A model generated the notes under the pieces. The model made no database searches, was not told the origin of the DNA, and saw nothing but the letters and a program-made list of their open reading frames with translations. This document shows positions 26,320 to 64,000 of a stretch of DNA of 64,000 nucleotides, piece by piece. The translations under genes were made by a program, and so were the position numbers. This DNA comes from Lama glama (lineage: Eukaryota): contig CM052828.1 of NCBI GenBank assembly GCA_028534125.1, positions 60,760,001-60,824,000 on the forward strand, read 5' to 3'. Within the stretch, counting starts at the first letter, position 1; each line of letters opens with the position of its first letter.

Positions 26320-26510
26320 CTTTATTGGAGTGGAGTTGACTTGCGGTGCTGTGTGCGGCCTGGTGACTCTGTCACACACATGTGTTCCTTTTCGCCGGAG
26401 GCTGTTATGGGCATCGGGTCCAGCTCCCTGGGCTGCGTCAGAGGCTGTTATGGGCATCGGGTCCAGCTCCCTGGGCCGGGCGGCGGGTCCTTGTGTGCTC
26501 TCGGGCTCTG
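26320..26510 (-). mobile_element. L1 3' end fragment with internal 43-bp-period duplication
   Basis: tttattggagtggagttgacttgc... L1 terminus; 36 nt identical at 26398-26433 and 26441-26476. Confidence 0.6.
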
Positions 26511-28720
26511 TCTTAGTCACTGGACCCGAGTGAGGCTGACAGAAGTGAGTTGGACCGTCCCTGGGCGCACAGACACATGCGGGGTGAGGGGGGAGCCCTA
26601 AGGAGCCCCGCCACGCGCTCCCTCCCGGAGCTGGAAGTGAGCCGGAAGCAGGCCTGACTTAGCAGCACATGAGCTCCGTGCTGTCTTACCCATCGAACAA
26701 GAAACGCTGCCTGACGCTGTGAACAGACACCAGAACGGGGGATGCTTACACCGGATCCCTGCAAACGTGAGGCGTGCTCACTAGGCGGAACCCCCTCCGC
26801 AGAACCTGGTCTGGTGCCTGGAGGCTCGCCCCGTGCGTCTGTTCGGCCCCACGGTGTCGTTCAGTAATAGGTTTTGTCTTGTTTCAGCTGAAATTCAAAG
26901 CTTCCGTCAGGCGACTACACTGGCTGAAACTGAGTTTCAGCGTATTTTGCAGACTCTCTTTTGTCCTTGGGTGCTTTCCAGCCCTGACGCTCGGGCTGCC
27001 GCGCCCAACCCCGCAGGCTGGCTGGCGGCGCTGTGGGTGAGGCGGGGCCCGCGCCCCGCTCTCGGTGCGGCAGCCGCTTTGTGCCGGGGTCCTGAGCTCA
27101 GGAGCATCTTGCTGGCGGGGGCGGGGCGGGTGTCTGCCCCGCCCTGGCCCTAGCCCTCCCCCTCCCCTGCACGGCTGCGCGGCAGTGCCGGCGGGAGGGA
27201 GGCTTGTGCGTCTGAAGTCTCGGGCGCCCCGTTTCCTGGGGAGTGGGCCCAGCTGGGCCGCCGCGCGCTGCCAGCCTCGCAGCTGTTGGAGTTTTGGTGT
27301 TTCCCCTTGTTTCCGTCCATGACGGTGTCACTTGTGCCTCTGGGTCCTCGTCTGCCACCCCGAACGTGTCCGACCTGGCGGTTCGGGAACTCGTCATGTG
27401 GTTTGTGGACTCCTCCCCAGCCCAGGCCCGTCCAGAGGGGACCGCTCCCCACCCCTGTGCTGATGGGCGACTCCTCGTCGCAGAGGTGCTCAGTGCTCAG
27501 CCCCACTCCCGCAGCTCACAGGGCGCTTAGACCGCGGCAGCCACGTCTTCTTGCTGGAGCCTGGACGGCGGGGCTGCAGCCAGTGCCTGGCTGCATGCTC
27601 CCTGCCTGGTTCCTGCCGCGTGTGGCCAGCGATATCGTCCCTCCCGTCTGACACCAGCGCCTAGAGAGAGGCCAGTGTCTCTGTCCTCCTGCCCGGGAGT
27701 CCTCGCCCCCACCCATGACCCATCTTAGATCTCCGTGCGCCGTGACTTCCAGAAATGTCTGCACCACCGTGGACAGGGCAGTGGCTGACCATTGGTTCAG
27801 GACAGTCTGGGTTAAGAAATTGCACAGCAGGGCTCAGTGTACAGAGACCCAGACTGTTAGAGGTGGACGGAGCACAAAGACTGTCTAGTTGAATCCTTTC
27901 ACGCTGCTTCTGACGGATTTGACACAGAGCCATGGAGTGACTCGTCCACAGTCGCACAGCCGGTGGGCCTCGGACACGCGCGTGACCGCGGGTGTGGTAG
28001 AACCGTGGGGAGTACAGCAGGCCCCCAAGGGTCCTCTTTGCTGTTGTCTGTCCACGTTGAACATTTAACTTAACCTTCTCAGGACCTGAACGTGTGTGCA
28101 GAGCACAGTTGGTCTGACCCCAGAGGCACTTCTGCCTGTCGCGCCGTGAGGCTCCCCGGTAGCTGTGTGACCTGCTGGACGAGCATGTTGAAACCGGAGT
28201 GTGTCGGACTGTGGGCCGGCCGCAGTCCCCCTCCGTCCCGCCTGCCTCCCCGGGGCAGGCTCCCTATGGGCCTGGCTGCAGCAGAACCGCTGTCTTGAGG
28301 TTTAGGAGAAGGGCTTCCAGGATTTTCATTTCTGTGCTCAAAGCTCGGTTTCTATGCCTTCTGTCCTTGCCCGGCTCATTCACTACCTGTTCTTTTTCAG
28401 TGTGACTGCCTGAGCCCACAGGGATGGGAGGCACCCGTTTGGCTCTGTTTTGAGAAATAAAGGAAGTCAGGACATTTTCAGTTTTCTTGACTCCCGCATC
28501 CAGAGCTTTATCTACGAAGCTCTTGAGCAGGTTTTTTTGGGGGGTGTGGGGTGGGGGGAGGGCTGTAATTTTAACTAGGCAAGAATGTAAAACAAAAAAA
28601 TTGTCATATGACTAAATTACATCCCAGTGCATCTTTTTAGACGGTGAAAAATGCTACCAGGTGTACGTGATGGCAAGAGAGCGGTGAAAATACAAGTTGA
28701 TTATCTTGGATGCGAAGCTC

Positions 28721-28900
28721 TTTTAGACTGAAGTAGAGCTGCTTGACAGCGTTGCGTTCTTTCTGGTGTGCGGCGCGGTGAGTCGGTTACACACGCCATA
28801 CCCTCTGTGGCTGTAGGGTGTTACAGGCTGTTTGTTGAAGGCGGCTCCCTGTGCTGTGCAGTAGGCCCTGGTTGTTTATCTGTTCTGCACACAGTAGTTT
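28721..28900 (-). mobile_element. Artiodactyl-type L1 3' end
   Basis: ttttagactgaagtagagctg...tccctgtgctgtgcagtaggccctggttgtttatctg. Confidence 0.75.
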
Positions 28901-30101
28901 GGATCATAAGGTGACTTTTCAAGTCAGCATCCTTTCTGGTGGCTTCATCCGATGTGGGGAGGCAGGGGGAGGGCGGAGTGGGCAGGGAGCCCTCGCTGGC
29001 AGGAGAGGGCGGCCTGGCCTTCCGCGCGGCCCACACCCCAGGCTGGTGTCCCGGAGGGAGCTCGCATACGTGCTGGCAGGTGGCGCAGGGCCTGCTCCGT
29101 CCTGGGAACCCACACCGTTTCCTGAGCCTCTGCTGAGCATCTCTGAAAACAGGGAAGGAGTCAGAGACCGATTTGGTCTTTTCCCTTTAGTCTGCCTGGA
29201 CTGTCCACGAAGCTTCGCCCTCACTGAAGGCAAGCGGTGGCGTTTGCTGAGGGTGAGCAAACAGGAAGTTGCTGCGGGAGGTGGCATGCTGGGGGCTCAC
29301 GCGTGAAAAGACTTCTTTCCCCGAGAAGTTGATAGGTGAGCAAGGAAGGTGATGGTAGAAGCAAAGAAGAGAAGGAAGAAGGAACGTGAGGCTCACAGTG
29401 ACCTCAAACAGCAGAAAGCTTCGAGGGCACTGCTTACCCTGTTTGGCTTCAGAAAGCGAGGGTTCCCTGAGGCCACAGAGGCCGGGCACGGGCTGGACAC
29501 AGGCTGGACAGGGCAGGACCGGTCCTGGGCCGACACACCACCCTGCTTGTTCTTAAGGAGTCTGAGTGAGGGGCGTGGACCCCACGTCAGGGCCCTGGGC
29601 TGGGCTGCCTCTGAGCGTCTCGTCCGAAGCCACGGTGTCTTTGGCACCCGGGTGCTGACAGCGCACCGTCTGGTTGAGTGTTTTTAGAAGATGCTTTGGG
29701 TCCAAGCTCTCTCCTTGACGTCTCCTGCACAGCACTCTGGGTGACACGGGGGTGAGTGGGGCCCGGCCTCTCTTTCCGGGAAAGCCTCGCTGACCGAGAG
29801 GCTGCACGCTGACGGCCCCGCCCGCGCCCAGGCTGCGCGGCACCGAAGACCCTTCCCACAGCCTCTGGGCCGTCCCTTGTCTCCTCTTCGGAAACTTAGG
29901 GTTTTGCTGTCGCTTCTGTCCTCAAGTGGACCCGCCGCCGCGTGTCGTTTCTCCTGACCCCGGCCCTTCCCGGGGCGCAGACGGCTTCCCTGAGGCGCCG
30001 GCAGGGGTTTGAGGGGCTTAGCCCGCGAGGACCCCGTGGGGCCGGGTGGCTGCCGCCTCGCAGCGGGCCCGGCCCCCGCTCACCTGCCCTGTTGTCCGCA
30101 G

Positions 30102-63874
<33,773 letters not shown>

Positions 63875-64000
63875 GTGAGTCCTGATGTCTGAAATCAGAG
63901 CTCGCCTGGGTCTGGGTGGACGTCGGGGCGTGCAGGCTGGGTCATTAGAGCAACCGGGATCGGGGGAAACTGAGGCTTGAAGGTGGACATCAGATTTGCA

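Larger units (their letters stand above)
1..30101 (+). other. ATP11A: 3' portion of ATP11A intron 1 (exon 1 not in window)
   Basis: No MDCSL...-type first coding exon seen; first recognisable coding segment is exon 2, starting in phase 0. Confidence 0.8.

Noticed and set aside
25683-26476. Short direct repeats considered as a CRISPR-like array
   Set aside because: Only two copies each, no spacer series, and the DNA is mammalian
29349-29687. ORF with KKRRKK NLS-like segment
   Set aside because: Arises from a purine-rich low-complexity tract; no splice or homology support

Overview
Mammalian genomic DNA, GC- and CpG-rich, covering part of ATP11A (P4-ATPase phosphatidylserine/phosphatidylethanolamine flippase) on the + strand. 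Bases 1-30101 are the 3' part of intron 1, with a 500-N scaffold gap at 910-1409. Twenty-two coding exons (human exons 2-23) lie at 30102-63874. All are GT-AG, phases are consistent, and they join into 2688 nt (896 codons, about human residues 14-909) with intact DGES, PVSM, DKTGT, TGDK and GDGAND motifs. Exon 1 and the 3' exons are outside the window. Introns carry old L1, L2 and MIR fragments, MER21-like LTRs (one split by a nested ~520-bp insertion) and six tRNA-derived SINEs resembling the camelid Vic-1 family, which suggests alpaca/llama/camel. Nearly all of the six-frame ORFs are artefacts of GC richness. I found no convincing new multi-gene system. The best leads are a canonical DEVD-G caspase-3 site, a candidate 37-nt poison exon in intron 1, inverted SINEs bracketing the frame-symmetric exon 9-10 pair, exon-by-exon GC3 mosaicism and an intron-1 enhancer motif cluster. 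Repeat family names and human comparisons are from memory and need database confirmation.
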